From Podarcis tiliguerta (Eukaryota): a stretch of DNA of 64,000 nucleotides. A model generated the notes under the pieces. The model saw nothing but the letters and a program-made list of their open reading frames with translations. It searched no databases and was not told where the DNA came from. Location of the stretch: NCBI GenBank assembly GCA_965153285.1, contig OZ229121.1. One strand, written 5' to 3'. Made by a program: the position numbers and the translations under genes. Below are positions 10,945 through 24,588 of this stretch, piece by piece (within the stretch, counting starts at the first letter, position 1; each line of letters begins with the position of its first letter).

Positions 10945-13715
10945 CTGTGTCAGGAGGAAAAGCGGAATGTAGTCACTGTAGAACATGCCAAGATTCACTC
11001 AACACTGATCACACACTATGAACTAAGCAGACACGGCTAACAGCATGACATCTATCCAAGACAAGACCTTTTCTATAAATATAGGTTTAAGAAACAGTTA
11101 TTTAACCTTAAGAGTCTCCAGATCACTAATACCAAAGGAGGAGGGAATAAAATTCTGAATCTGCATTTGCAGGAAAATAAGTTTGGAACGAAGTGTAGTA
11201 TTGGTCACAACTGCAGGAACCCACAGCTTACGGATTTGCTATTTTGATCACTATTGACTTTAATATGTTACAGTCTTAGAGTTGTAGGACAGTCACAATG
11301 TCCACAGTAAAGTGCTTGCTTTACACATTATGGGCTGTAGCAAACAGCCATGTCAAAGCTAAGAAATAAACAAAACAAAACAAAACAAAAAAGCAAAACA
11401 CACCAACTCAACATATATGGATCTTGAGGTTTCAGCTCTGCTCCCAATTCCTTTAACATACAGAGCACTCTTCTACTTCATCTGCAACACACCACAATGT
11501 GCAGTGTTCTGGATATAATCCCTTTACCATCAACTGAATTATGAAATGGATTTTCTATTTCAGAGAACGATCGAAAGGCTAGTTCATTTATTGAAAGATT
11601 AGGTCGAAAATAATTGGGTAATGTGAATTTTCTTCCACAAATTGCTTTAATAGCCTCCAAGAGAGACTGCCATTCACAGAAGTTCCTGACTTGAAGGTCT
11701 TCAAATGCATTTACTTTAATTGTCCTCAACTGCCCCCACTCCCATAACAGAGCCGCATATATAGAAGGCGTTTCTCGGGATTTAGGCCAGAGCTGAGTGT
11801 TAGGACCTTCTCACCCAAGAGTGCTTGGCCACAGTCTTTTAACACACAGGAACAGAAAAGCAGGCCCTGCTGGATCAGACCAGGATCCAGTTTCCCACGG
11901 TGGCAAACCACATTCTCAGGGGAAGCCCAACAGCAGGACATGAAGGTAATAGACCTGAGCATCATTTACTGATGCTGGTGCTGTGTTAATTTTATTTATG
12001 GTACCCAGGTTTTTATTACAAACGTTATTGCCTCATGTTTAAATTGATATAGTGCATTGGAAGCTTTAGGAGGAAAAGTGACTCAAAATTTGCTTTGAAT
12101 TAAAGAAAAACCCTTCCTCTCTAGCACTAAAAGCTGTATATGGAAATGGTTAATTGAATTAGCAGGACAGGACAAATGGCAAAGAATACCTACACATCCT
12201 ATGCTCCTGGAGGAATGTAATCTGTGGCATGTCGTGCCTGACTTGGTTGAAACACAAGATTTAACGTTTGAAAGATTCACCACGGAAATGAAGGGAAACA
12301 GGCGGACATGGATGTAAAAATACCTCCTCCTTTTTGGCAACCAAATGACGCAAGTCTCGGAACGGCAATTATACCAGGCCAATTTGCATTCCGTTTAGAG
12401 GGTAGTGTCTAGCCTAGTTACAAGTGCTTGGGCATGCTTTGGATACGAAAACACTTTCCCCAGACAGCCATTAGACAAGCTGCGTCCACATACGTCAGAG
12501 CAAGGCACTTCAGTGCCGGAAGAATCAGACATGATTTTATTCATATCTACAACTGCATGAGGAAGACGGGTCCCATAGCAGCAAGGAAGAGAAAAAATGC
12601 GGAACAAAAATTTAGGGGGGTATTCAGTGTGCCACTCAGTTTTCTTTAAAGGAATTGGGAATAATTGGTTCTTATTTTTATGTGTAAAAGCTGCCTTAAA
12701 GAGTACAAATAAATAAAAATATCATCATCATCATCATCTCTTCAATGGGCAGTGAAGGTCTAACTCTGACATTCAGAAAGCCTACATGTATACAAAATTA
12801 AGTGCAGTCTAAGATAAGCCATAATGCAGAAGATTTAGCGTTTTATCGAACGCTATCTCAGTGGTATTCAATTTACACAATGGGACTTTCACTTCCTTTC
12901 CTTTCCCCAAGTCCCTCCTTCCCCAGATCAGCTCTGAGGGTCAACAATCTTCTGGAGCAGATTTTGAGGGTGTGTAGGGGGGCTGCAGGGGACTGGAGTG
13001 TGGGGAGGAAGGTCCATTGTATGAGCAGCACAGCAGCGATGGATAAAACCCTCAGGTTCCAGGGCCTGACACCTATTATATATTCAGCAGCGATATGGAT
13101 TTATCTACTGTTTTGGCTGAGAAAGTGACCTCAACACACACATTTAGGGCATGCTGCCTTCATTTAGGCAAGAGGGAAGAAGCAGATGGGTGCACCCCAT
13201 TCTTTATCCCTGCACTTCAGAATCCATTCAAAGGGAACAGAAACAGCTCATCTTGCAACCCAAGCACATCATCTATCCAACCTGTAGTGCCGAGCTCTAC
13301 AAAGAGGTTTGTTTCACTTATTTAACAGCCCTTCCAGGCAGGAAGCTGCTAGCAGCCAGTCTACAGGCTTAAACTGGTCATGGCCCACCAGGCTGAGGCA
13401 GAAGGCAAGGTTAGTTTTAACTGGCCATATGATTCTTGGGTTACACCTGGGCCACGTTATCTGGCATCCAGAACGGTTTGCAACAAATGGTGCATAGAGG
13501 CCAGTTTAGCTGAGATAGCTACAAAATGAAAATATGTGGTGTAGAGTGGAAAGGAAGGTTAATGTCAAAGGCTGCAACTTTCAGATTGAGGTAGTTTTTA
13601 CTGCTGTGAAATACATCACAGGAACATGAGGACAAGCTATCATGCAAGTGGCTGTCACACATAGCAGACTCTGGACCTGTGACTATTCCCTGGTTCCCTA
13701 CACCCTAGAACGTAC

Positions 13716-13837
13716 CAGTTATAGTCAAACCAGGATGCATAGCTGGGGATAATGATGTGATTTGTCTGTTCTGTGACATTGTCTTCTCCGGTATCTATCG
13801 AGCGGCTCTGGTCACCTTTGTTGGGATCTTCGTCTTC
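13716..13837 (-). CDS. SMARCC1: SMARCC1 exon 14 (start of SWIRM domain)
   Basis: [40 protein letters not shown](C); AG/GT boundaries; 122 nt. Confidence 0.96.
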
Positions 13838-14104
13838 CTGCAGGAGGAAAGATATAGAGTTGTTTGGGAGGGCAGTTATTGGCTGTGCAGAGCACACAAA
13901 AAAGTTCAAAAGGCCATAGTGATGTCAGGGGGCAGCGGTGGGGAACGTTTTCTGGCCACAAGGCCAAATCTTGAAACTTCTCAACTGCTGGAGGGCCCAA
14001 TTTGGCAGGCGGGCAGGGTTACCCACCTGACAGCACAGTGGCATCAGGTGAAGCTGCACTTTAGTTCATTTTTACTCATTCTAAACGAAGAGCTAGCAGT
14101 TTAC

Positions 14105-14142
14105 CTTTCCTCCCGTGGCGACCGTCTCCTCATCCTGCTCAT
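14105..14142 (-). CDS. SMARCC1: SMARCC1 exon 13
   Basis: (D)EQDEETVATGGK; AG/GT boundaries; 38 nt, phase fits neighbouring exons. Confidence 0.93.
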
Positions 14143-14515
14143 CTGGAAAATAAATGAGCAGAGAGAAATAATGGCACAACTAACAATCCTTTACACCTCG
14201 TGCCTTCCAGATGTTTTGGACTACAACTCCCATCAGCCCCAACACCCCACAGCCACGTTGGCTAAGGCTGCTGGGAGTTGCAGTCCAAAACCCTTGGGGG
14301 GGGGGCGCCTGGTCAAGGAAGGCTGCTTTGCCATCATTGCGCCTCAACGGGGCAATAACTGCAGCAAGAACAAGAGCAGAAAAATACGCACAAGCCACTG
14401 CTAGAGAAGTCATGTGACTTGGCAAACATAGAGCCTGTCACAGAAGAAAGAAAAGGAGCACGGATGTATTCCATAAGGGCCAGTAAATGGGCACTCGCTT
14501 AAGCAGAAGCCTTGT

Positions 14516-14850
14516 ATGGCCACAGTGATCCATGTGATGGTCATCTCCAGGCTTGACTACTGTAATTCGCTCTACGTGGGGCTGCCCTTGAAGCTGTCCC
14601 AGAAACTCCAGCGGGTGCAGAATGCTGCAGCGAGGCTCCTCACGGGGTCTCTGCCATGGGAGCATATTCACCCAGTGCTTTTCAAGCTGCACTGGCTCCC
14701 GGTGGAGTACAGGGTCAGATTTAAGGTGCTGCTTTTGACCTTTAAAGCCCTTCACGGCCTAGGACTCTCGTACCTACGGGACCGCCTCTCCTGGTATGCC
14801 CCACGGAGACCCTCAAGGTCCATAAATAGCAACACCCTAGAGGTCCCGGG
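14516..14850 (+). mobile_element. L2-clade LINE ORF2 fragment
   Basis: ISRLDYCNSLYVGLP...LQRVQNAAARLLTG...LHWLPVEYRVRFK, a typical L2 post-RT region. Confidence 0.85.
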
Positions 14851-15359
14851 AAAATAATCTTAAGACCTTATTTTATTTTTAACCCAGGAAATTACGAACA
14901 TTTTTGGGACTCGCACTGTTTCAAATGCATTTAACAAATAGCCAGTTTCATTTGTGAGTCTGTGATTTGTAACTGTCAGAAAAATTGTGAAGGTTCAGTT
15001 AACACTAGTGGCATTGTCTCGAAGAAATGCGAGCTTCCCTGAACATTGTTTTAGTAGGGCAGGTTATAAAAAGACTTGCCATGGCAGTGTCAGCTATTTT
15101 AGTGAAGAATCACCCTTCCCCTACCTACAGAGATAATTTTAAATGCCTGGGGCAGTTTTAAAAATAATAATCGTCTGGCTTCTCCCCTCTGCATCCTCCT
15201 TTAGGATGAGAGCTCTCCAGAGAGTAAGAATAAGCCTCTACAGAAAATTGCTCTCACACACACCCCTGGAACGGGCTGAGTTACAAAGCAAATATAGTTG
15301 CCAGCCTCAAAGAAGAGGGGGAAATCCATCATTAGAAAAAAACCAAGCAAAGAACTTAC

Positions 15360-15419
15360 CAAGGTCTGCTACTGTTCCTCCTTTCACAGGAGTGTTTTCA
15401 CTATCTTTCTTTGGATTTA
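15360..15419 (-). CDS. SMARCC1: SMARCC1 exon 12
   Basis: (V)NPKKDSENTPVKGGTVADL; CAG acceptor, GTAAGT donor; 60 nt. Confidence 0.95.
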
Positions 15420-18136
15420 CTGCAAAAATTAAACAAGATTGAGAACGTCAGGCTGTGCCTTCTCTGCAGTAACGCTGCATGGGTTGTTACATTATGCAAA
15501 GGTCGCCTAGCCACCTCTTCACTCTCCCCACCATCAATCATATGGTTCTGAACCACATTTTCTCATTATCTGGCTTTGCACACAATGAGCCCCTATCCCA
15601 AGCTAACAAGCTTCCTTTGCATTTGTTGGTGAGTTACATTTGATAAATAAAGAACGCAGGGTTAGGCTGGGCAATGTTAGGATGAAAGGCAGTGAGCAGT
15701 TCATTAGGATCATCCAGTTATGTTTCTGGTTCTCATAAAAAAAACTCATGAGCAAAGACTAGGACTGGCTGCATATAAGTTGAGGCCAGATGACCAAGGC
15801 CTCCTGATCAAAGCCCAGCTGACTGACTTGCTACTCTACAAACAGCAATTTTGAAGGACACTGTCCTACTACTGCAATACTCGACAGAAGAACCATCAAG
15901 CCTTCTATTCAGACTTGCTATAAGTAGTTATTTCGAAAAGCAGGTTCTTGCTCTTAGGATATTTCCGTTCCACCTTAAAAGGGAGCAGAATGTTTGTGTC
16001 ACAGCCTGCGCATTTCCTGTTTCACAGGATGTTTCTGTTGTGTCTTTGCTTTCGTTTCTCTCTCTGCTGGAACTCTGAAGCAGGCAGTCATGTTTTTTTT
16101 TGTTCTGATCAATGCAGAAATAAACTTGTAAATAATGCTTTCCTGACTGCATCTTTCGCTGTGCATTATCTGCTGATAGAGCGTGCACGGCTCTGGAATG
16201 TGGCAAGCTATTTCTGGAGCTCGTGTCGCTAATTGCTGATACTGCGTGTCTGTGGGAGATCGATGGACGTCCAGAGACGACGTGGAGTCATGATGGACTT
16301 TGTCTCCCTGGCAGTATCCCAACACTTGCCTGGAACATCAAGTCACTCTTACAGTTGAGTCTTACTTTCCCAGGCCTTTAAGACAAGAGACCACTGAAAA
16401 TCTTTGCCCAATAAAAAGAACAAAAAGAAGGGGCCAGTTGCTGGACCTGGCCAAAGAACCATCTAGTTCAGCACTGCATTCTCACAATGGCCAAGCAGAT
16501 CATTGCAAGCAGGACCTGAGAGCAACAGAACTCTCTCCCCCCCCCGATTCCCACTTTACGAAAAAGTTAAAGCAATGCAATTATCTATAAGAAGAAGAAT
16601 TAATAATTAGACTTCCAAAAAGTTAAAACAACAATAAAACAGATTAAAATCTGCATAAACATAAGCCACCATGATGAGTAGCCAATGATAATTATCCACC
16701 CTGAGACTGTGTAGGACTTCCAAGACACAACTGGGAGAAAGACCTTTGCTTCTACCATAGACCTCCATTGTTTTGTGGCTTGAGACTGAAGTGCCCACGG
16801 AATGGGGAGTAAGTAAGCTGCACTGCAGACATCAGCACTGCCTTAGTGCCTTGCCGCTCCTTCGCCAGCCTAATGAAACACTTCTAAAATTTCATGCTCA
16901 AGGCTTGTCAAGTGGGAGACCTGCAACTGCACAGCCGAGGTGTTAGAATAAAACACAGTAGCGATGGGGGGAAACAGAAGCCACTTCCTTGTTCCAGATC
17001 CGCAGGAGACCAAGGAGAAGACTGGCCAATAAACGCTGGTGCAGGATTCTGCACCTGGATTTGTACATTCACAGCTTGCTACATTTAACTGTTTACTTTG
17101 CTGATCTGTCCACCACAGTTCAGAAGAGGATGACAGGCACCACGCCTGCTGCAAGCCCAAGAGGGCACTGCTGTCAGCTTGCAGGCAAAACTGATTTGCG
17201 TTCTTGCAAGGGTCCTTTGTGAGTAACTGCGGCGAGCCATTATTCTTACACATTCTGGAAATTACTCTCTTGCCCAGTGCTGAAAATGTTACTTTTTGCC
17301 CATTGCTTCTCATGTTTCTGACAGTCACCTGTCTAGCACAGCCTCTGGTGCCTTGTCTACATCTTGTGCTAAACAAGATGATGGTAGATAAGGAACAGAG
17401 CCTTCCAATAACCGATCAGGCAGCTCCAGCTCCAGATCAGCAGAGTATTATGGCAGTATATCTTTTAAGCACGCATTTTGCTGAGAAAACACACTCCTCT
17501 TTCCAACAGCTAAAAATGTACACAAAGCCAGCTCTGAAGGGGTTTATTCAAGATCAAAATACAGACTAGATATTTTCGATGCTCCAAAGCAACGGAAACC
17601 AAATGCACTTCCACAATATATTCAGGGGAAAACAAACATTTATGTTGGCAGCTGGGGATTTATCCATTGGGAGGGAGGGAAAAGATTTCTGGGTAGTGGA
17701 GCTGATCACATAACTGTGAGCCAATTACGGTCTGCAAACACAGACAAAAGAGGCAGTTTTAGAAGGAAGGAGGAGGAAGTTCTGGATAGGAGAAGAATGT
17801 CTGGCTTGCTTCGGGAGGAAGGAGAGACGAAAGAATGGAAGCACTGGAGGTTAGGCCACCTCTTTTGCAGGTCAACTCCAGCAGGGGCTTGAACATATCA
17901 CCTTAAGACTTTTAACATGAACAATTGTTTTCACAAAGGGAAGCAAAGATTGGCCTTTAATTCTTGGGGCAGGGGGGGCCCTAAGAAAACAGGAAATTCC
18001 TAAATCTCCCAAACCATGCTCATCTTACACTGAGTTCCAGGATTGGACACACACACTCTCTCCCTTCTGCTTTGAATGCAGGAGAGGTGCAAAGAGCTGC
18101 TCTCTGTGAGTAAGCCTGATGGGTGCGCCATTGGAG

Positions 18137-18516
18137 CCGTGTTCGAAACTCCCATTGTTCTAGGCGCATTTTGTGACAGGGAAATGTCATTAGCACGAGC
18201 AGTTTCTGAGCCCCGGGCGCAGTACCGCGCCTAAGATTTCAGATTAAAACTGCAGAATGGAAGGAAAGGAGGAACTTTTTCTGCCTCCCCACTTCCAGCT
18301 ACCCTCTGAAGACTGGAGAAGAGACCCTCTTAAGAATATTAGGGGGGTGGGCAGGGGAAGTACTAGACCATGTGAAAAATGAACGTAATATTCATTCGTT
18401 TTCAGCTCTGTATTCTTGTTATAAAAAAAGTGCGACTAGACATTCTGTTGTTGCACTCATAATCTCGATTTAAGGTGCCATTTAGCTCCTAGCTTTCATA
18501 TCTGTTTCTAACACTG
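18137..18516. mobile_element. hAT-type MITE
   Basis: TIRs CCGTGTTCGAAAC / GTTTCTAACACTG; 8-bp TSD CATTGGAG / CGTTGGAG. Confidence 0.7.
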
Positions 18517-18714
18517 CGTTGGAGAGATATCTCTGCACGCATGGCAAGAGTGTGTTGTGCTCTGCAAGAGCAGTCACTCAAACCCAGGTTTTATGCAAAA
18601 AGTCCAGTTCAGTTCCATCAAGATTACCCATCATCAGCATCAACAAACAAGACATGGCAAAAGCCATGGTACGGAGACAGCTCAGTCATGGGGCAAGTAT
18701 TTGGAACACTGTAC

Positions 18715-18839
18715 CATTTTTAGGAAGTACCACTTCTTCTATGTTAGGCACAGGGGTTGGATCCTCCATGTCCTTGGTAAGATCTTCTTGCTCATCTTCT
18801 TCCTTTTGCCCTCGCCTTTTCCCATACAGACTTGCTTGC
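18715..18839 (-). CDS. SMARCC1: SMARCC1 exon 11
   Basis: [41 protein letters not shown]; AG/GT boundaries; 125 nt. Confidence 0.96.
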
Positions 18840-19097
18840 CTGTGACAAATTAAGCACAAACAACTAGTCACCTAATGGTTTCCTAACAGATGGCTGCATT
18901 GGCTACATTCTGTACTACTGTGATACTGCACCTCAAAAGTGTGGGCAGAGCCCATGGACCTATAAGAAAGTTCTGGGCAGTGGTATTCACTAGGTGAATA
19001 GAAACCACAATATTTCTGGCTGGATGGCCATCTGTCATGGATGCTTTGGTTGAGAATCCTGCTTAGCAGTGGGTTGGACTAAGGTACTGGGTACCTT

Positions 19098-19446
19098 GGG
19101 ACACGGGTGGCGCTGTGGTCTAAACCACAGAGCCTAGGGCTTGCCGATCAGAAGGTCGGCTGTTCGAATCCCTGAGACGGGGTGAGCTCCCATTGCTCGG
19201 TCCCAGCTCCTGCCAACCTAGCAGTTCGAAAGCACGTCAAAGTGCAAGTAGATAAATAGGTACCACTCTGCCGGGAAGGTAAACGGCATTTCCGTGCGCT
19301 GCTCTGGTTCGCCAGAAGCGGCTTAGTCATGCTGGCCACATGACCCGGAAGCTGTACGCCGGCTCCCTCGGCCAGTAAAGCGAGATGAGCGGCGCAACCC
19401 CAGAGTCGTCCGCGACTGGACCTAACGGTCAGGGGTCCCTTTACCT
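19098..19446 (+). mobile_element. Sauria SINE
   Basis: tRNA-like head GGTGGCGCTGTGG...GTTCGAATCC, Sauria core, ACCTTT-type tail; TSD GGTACCTT. Confidence 0.92.
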
Positions 19447-20630
19447 GGTACCTTAGGAGTACCTTCCAACTCCAACGAATTTCTAATTAATATTCTGAAG
19501 CTAACAGTATTCATTTTGTAGCGGTGTGACTTTCTGGGACTAGATAGATAACGCCTGGCAGAAATTAGCGATTGCAGGCAAATGCATTCTTCTCCATTTG
19601 TGGCATGGGGTTTTAGGAGATATGGAATTGGGGGTAAGTCTAATTGTAATAAGGAAAGGAGGGGTAGACAATTATGGCCTCCTTTCTTCAAGCTTCTCTG
19701 CCCACCCACTGAGCCACATTTGAGCTTTTTTAATGTCGTCAGTCCAGAACAGACCATTAATCATTCATAATATAATCTTAAGTGGCAGATCTGGTGTGTA
19801 TAACCGAGACGTGGTTTGAAGGCCCAAGAGAGTCTGTCTGAATCCAGCTATTCCTGATACAAGGTCACTGAAAAGTGTGGGGCCCTGCTAAGGAGATGGT
19901 CATGCTTAGCAGGGGCTCAGTCTAAGGCACAGCCCATTTTGCGTGTGTACACATAGTACAGGAAATCAGGACAGAATAAGGACTCTGCTTCAACCCACCA
20001 TGAACAAGAGAAGATTAATTCACTAGACTGGATCTTTAGTGAAGAGCCCGGCTTTCAGAATTTCAGGAATTCATTTCTGGAGAAAGCTGTTATCCCAATC
20101 AATAATGCTTCCTTTTAAAAAATTACATACACTATGATGCTGTTCAACTGTTTTAATTTAAGCTACTTTGAGGGGCGTATGGCAGAAAAGTCACACATAA
20201 ATTTCAAATATGAATAATGTGTGCAATAGCTTAGGCTCATACAAGGAAGAAAACAGTTGTCGTTTTTTACGTTCAACAACTGCACAGACAACTGTATTAA
20301 AGAACAGAGTTACATCAGGACAGACTTTGCCATATTGAGAAGTAAATTTGCTTATTAATGGTCTCCGCATGTCAACTGTGAGGCGCTCATTAGATTGGAA
20401 GTAATGACTGCGTCAAGTTTTCTTCTACTGGCAGGAGGTACATTCCCCTTGGATGATCAAGGAATGGAGCTCAATGTGCAGCAGCATTAAACATTCATTG
20501 ACTCAAGGAGACGGCATCTTAGCAGGCCGCTGTAAATGTGGAGTTGAGCCGAGCTGCTGGCTCATCTCTCTCTCCCTCAAATATTTCAGAAATAAATTAT
20601 TGTAAACTGCAGGAGCTGCAGACTACTCAC

Positions 20631-20755
20631 CCCTTCTTTCCAGCTTTCTTCCTCGATTCTGCTGGGGTGGGAGGAGGTGGCGGTGAAGGGGAGTGCCGCC
20701 GTTTTCTGGCACCTGTGGCTGCCTTCCTATCTCTCCGTTCAGGGCTATGGACTGG
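20631..20755 (-). CDS. SMARCC1: SMARCC1 exon 10
   Basis: PVHSPERRDRKAATGARKRRHSPSPPPPPTPAESRKKAGKK(G); CAG acceptor, GTGAGT donor; 125 nt. Confidence 0.95.
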
Positions 20756-21356
20756 CTGTCACGAGGGGGCGGGGGGGAAAGGTCATCAGCGATAGGCATA
20801 ACCTGTCCAGAACTAAGATGCACTTTGCTATCTACCAGGGCCTAGCACTGTCAGATTTTGCTTAGTAAGGAAGAGGCTGCCAACTACTTAAGGGTACTAC
20901 CCAGCCCTCTAAAGAGGCACTGCAAAAATCCACTTAAGGAAACAAGGTAGGATAAAACTTCAACATATGACCTACTGCAGATAAAAACTGACACATCACA
21001 CACACACACACACCCATGGAAAGAACTAGTCAAAGGGATTCAAGCAAAGTTAGCTGGTCTAAAAACCCCTCTTGGCTCCAGCAGACCCGAAGATGAGAAA
21101 TAGATGGGCCTGTGGAAGGTCAACAGAACTGGTCCCTGGCTCCTCCCAAGCCAGCTATACTTAGCTTGTTCACTTGCCATTTTAAGGAAAATTTGAGTCA
21201 TAGAGCTAAGTCCCACACTAATTTCAAGAAGAATACTGGCATTTCTTCGAGAACCAGACAATCGGCTTAGGTATAGCAGCAGAGTAAAACGAAAGAACAC
21301 CCAACTAATGCAGTTATTCTACATTACATCCATCACATGAAATAGGTAAGTCTTAC

Positions 21357-21482
21357 TTCTTCATTTTTCATATAGATACGCTGGCGAAAGCTGACCAACT
21401 TCTTGTTCTCATCTACTTCATAATCTTCTTCATTCATCCATTCATTGAATACATCTGTGTCCAAAATCCACTTAGCATGAAC
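21357..21482 (-). CDS. SMARCC1: SMARCC1 exon 9
   Basis: [42 protein letters not shown]; AG/GT boundaries; 126 nt. Confidence 0.96.
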
Positions 21483-21941
21483 CTGCAAAACCAAGTGCGA
21501 CAACACACAGGCACAGAGTGCATTTCAGACAGGGAGGCTCCTCTCATTATGAAAACACATGTTAAAAAAATTGTTGCAATCCACGTTATGAACAACTGCA
21601 GCAAGCAAGAAAGTCAGACCTCCTTACTTCCACATTAATTTTTATTTGTCAGAATTTGTAAACTGTTCTGCATTCAGATAATACCCAAGTAGTACACAGG
21701 AACAGAACACAAAACAGATCACAAAAAGCACTGCAACACAAAAACCACCAAGAATGAAGAAATGCAAGAGAGAGACTAAAATAATGACAATAATTTTATT
21801 GTTTATATGCTGCCCGTCTGACTGGGTTGCCCCAGCAGTTCAGGGTGGCTTCCAACAATGTACAGATGCCTTCCAGGGGTTACAGAGACACGCTATTCAT
21901 GTAGGTCTTAAATTCAGTTTGCAAAAGCAACCGTTGAAATA

Positions 21942-23148
21942 CCGTATTTTTCGCCCTATAGGACGCACTTTTTCCCCCCCAAAAAGGAAGGGGAAATGTG
22001 TGTGCGTCCTATAGGGCGAATGCAGGCTTTTGCTGAAGCTTGGAGAGCGAGAGGGGTCGGTGCGCACCAACCCCTCTCTCTCTCCAGGCTTCAGGAAGCT
22101 ATCCGCTAGCCATGGGAGCTAGCAGAGACCTTGCCAGCACCCAGAAGCTTGGGGCGCGCTGAGCTCCGCACGCCCCAAGCTTCGGGATTGGCGCAGCGCT
22201 CTGCTAGCTGTGGGAAAGCTGCGTGGCGCTGCGTGACTCTCCCACGGCTAGCAGAGACCTTGCCAGCACCCAGAAGCTTGGGGCGCGCTGAGCTTCGCAC
22301 GCCCCAAGCTTCGGGATTGGCGCAGCGCTCTGCTAGCCCTGGAAGAGCCACGCGGCTCTCCCACGGCTAGTGGAGACGTTGCCGGCACCCAGAAGCTTGG
22401 GGCGCGCTGAGCTCCGCACGCCCCAAGCTTCGGGATTGGCGCAGCGCTCCGCTAGCCCTGGGAGAGCTGCGTGGCTCTCCCACGGCTAGCGGAGACCTTG
22501 CCAGCACCCAGAAGCTTGGGGGCGCTGAGCTCCGCACGCCCCAAGCTTCGGGATTAGCGCAGCGCTCTGCTAGCTGTGGGAAAGCTGCGCGGCGCTGCGC
22601 GGCTCTCCCACGGCTAGCGGAGACCTTGCCGGCACCCAGAAGCTTGGGGCGCGCTGAGCTCAGCACGCCCCAAGCTTCGGGATTGGCGCAGCGCTCCGCT
22701 AGCTGTGGGAAAGCCACGCGGCTCTCCCACGGCTAGCGGAGACTTTGCTGGCACCCAGAAGCTTGGGGCGCGCTGAGGTCAGCACGCCCCAAGCTTCGGG
22801 ATTGGCGCAGCGCTCCGCTAGCCCTGGGAGAGCCGCGTGGCTCTCCCAGGGCTAGCAGAGACCTTGCCAGCACCCAGAAGCTTGGGGCGCGCTGAGCTCC
22901 GCACGCCCCAAGCTTCGGGATTGGCGCAGCGCTCCGCTAGCCCTGGGAGAGCCGCGTGGCTCTCCCACGGCTAGCGGAGACCTTGCCGACACCCAGAAGC
23001 TTGGGGCGCGCTGAGCTCCGCACACCCCAAGCTTCGGGATTGGCAAAGCGCACCTGGGGGGGGAAATAAAAATTTTTCCCTTTATTTCCCCCCCAAAAAA
23101 CTAGGTGCGTCCTATGGGCCGGTGCGTCCTATGGGGCGAAAAATACGG
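21942..23148 (+). mobile_element. Tc2-type MITE (CCGTAT termini), family C, with internal tandem array
   Basis: TIR CCGTATTTTTCGCCC...GGGCGAAAAATACGG and TA TSD; same ends as 26510-27067 and 41255-41689. Confidence 0.88.
22117..23045. repeat. Minisatellite: 8 palindromic units of 119-129 bp
   Basis: GAAGCTTGGGG recurs at 22144, 22273, 22392, 22511, 22639, 22758, 22877 and 22996. Confidence 0.93.
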
Positions 23149-24362
23149 TAATCTCCAGTAGCAGAGCTGAGAAACATTCCCATGGTGGAAGTTGGAGCCC
23201 AGCAAAATCTGGAGTCCAACAAGTTAGCCATTCCCAGTATACAGGGCGTGTTCATGAGATTTAGCTTGGCCTTCGCCAGGCTGGTGCCCTCCAGATATTT
23301 TGGGTGGGTGTGCTGGCTGGGGCTCAAGAGGGATGTAGACCAAAACAGCCCAGCATATTCCGTTCATAGCCAGAGAGGGGTCAACAAAAGGCAAGTGGAA
23401 ACAGCACCCACCTCTGTACAATTTGCCAGCCCCAAACTTTAAAAAGCTGAAATTTAAAACGGGTTCTTTTGCTTTTGTTTCAACAAGATTTGAGTTCAGG
23501 AGCATCTTATGTGGCACTAGAGTCCTGAGCCCAGTCTTTCCAGCCCACTGACACAGCTCTCCTCTGTTCCTTCACCTTAATTCTCATCACGTAATACTAT
23601 TATTCTGCTGACTGCAGGAAAATGAATTAATGAATCCGGGAATAATGTTTCATGTTGTCACACAAGTACAGCAATTATCTGAAAAGAAGCAGTTCTATTG
23701 AAACAATTTCCTTATTTTTCCCTCTCAACGAATGAAAACAGTCTCCACTCACAACTACTGCACACAGGCCTCTAATCATTCTGAAAGCAGAAATAAGGCT
23801 GTCAGTGTTGTACTGCCTCTAAGTTCAACAGACTCCAAAAATTACGAACCTTGTCATCATTAGCATGAACTCCAAGCCTTTAATCAGACAGACCTCCTTT
23901 GCCCTAACAAGTTCTCATTTCCAGCACTAGGGCTTTTTAATGATACATTGGCCCTTAAAAACAAAAGGCCCTTGCAATACAAGAACAAACATTTAATCTG
24001 GTTAATGAAATAGTTTACGAAGGACCGTTCCTGTGCTGTGGTAATGGGATAACCTGTGCTAGGAGCTGAAGTCCAGGCAAACCCCTCCTGCCATACTTTG
24101 GGGGCTTATCTCTGCCAGGAGAGATGAGAGCCACCCACTGCATTGCTTAAATATATAAATTCTCATTAAATTTTTAAACCATTTGCAGCATTGAAGAGCT
24201 CAATTCTAAACAGTTTCTTTCTGCAGTTCCAATATATTTATTTCATGAAATTTACATACAGCTTAATTGTAAAAAAATAAAAACACCTCAAAGCAATTTG
24301 CATGTGTTTTTATTATTTTATAATGTAGTCTTAAAATATTGGTTTTGGTGTGTTTTTTTATA

Positions 24363-24588
24363 CAGTGGTACCTCGGGTTAAGTACTCAATTCGTTCCAGA
24401 GGTCCGTTCTTAACCTGAAACTGTTCTTAACCTGAAGCACCGCTTTAGCTAATGGGGCCTCCTGCTGCTGCCGGGCCGCCGGAGCACGATTTCTGTTCTC
24501 ATCCTGAAGCAAAGTTCTTAACCCGAGGTACTATTTCTGGGTTAGCGGAGTCTGTAACCTGAAGCGTATGTAACCCGAGGTACCACTG
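24363..24588. mobile_element. Tigger/pogo-like MITE, family B
   Basis: TIR CAGTGGTACCTCGGGTTA...TAACCCGAGGTACCACTG; TA TSD. Confidence 0.9.

Noticed and set aside
22106-23046. Repetitive ORFs on both strands and a CRISPR-like look
   Set aside because: These are translations of a palindromic minisatellite inside a MITE. The units are near-identical with no unique spacers, and the DNA is eukaryotic.
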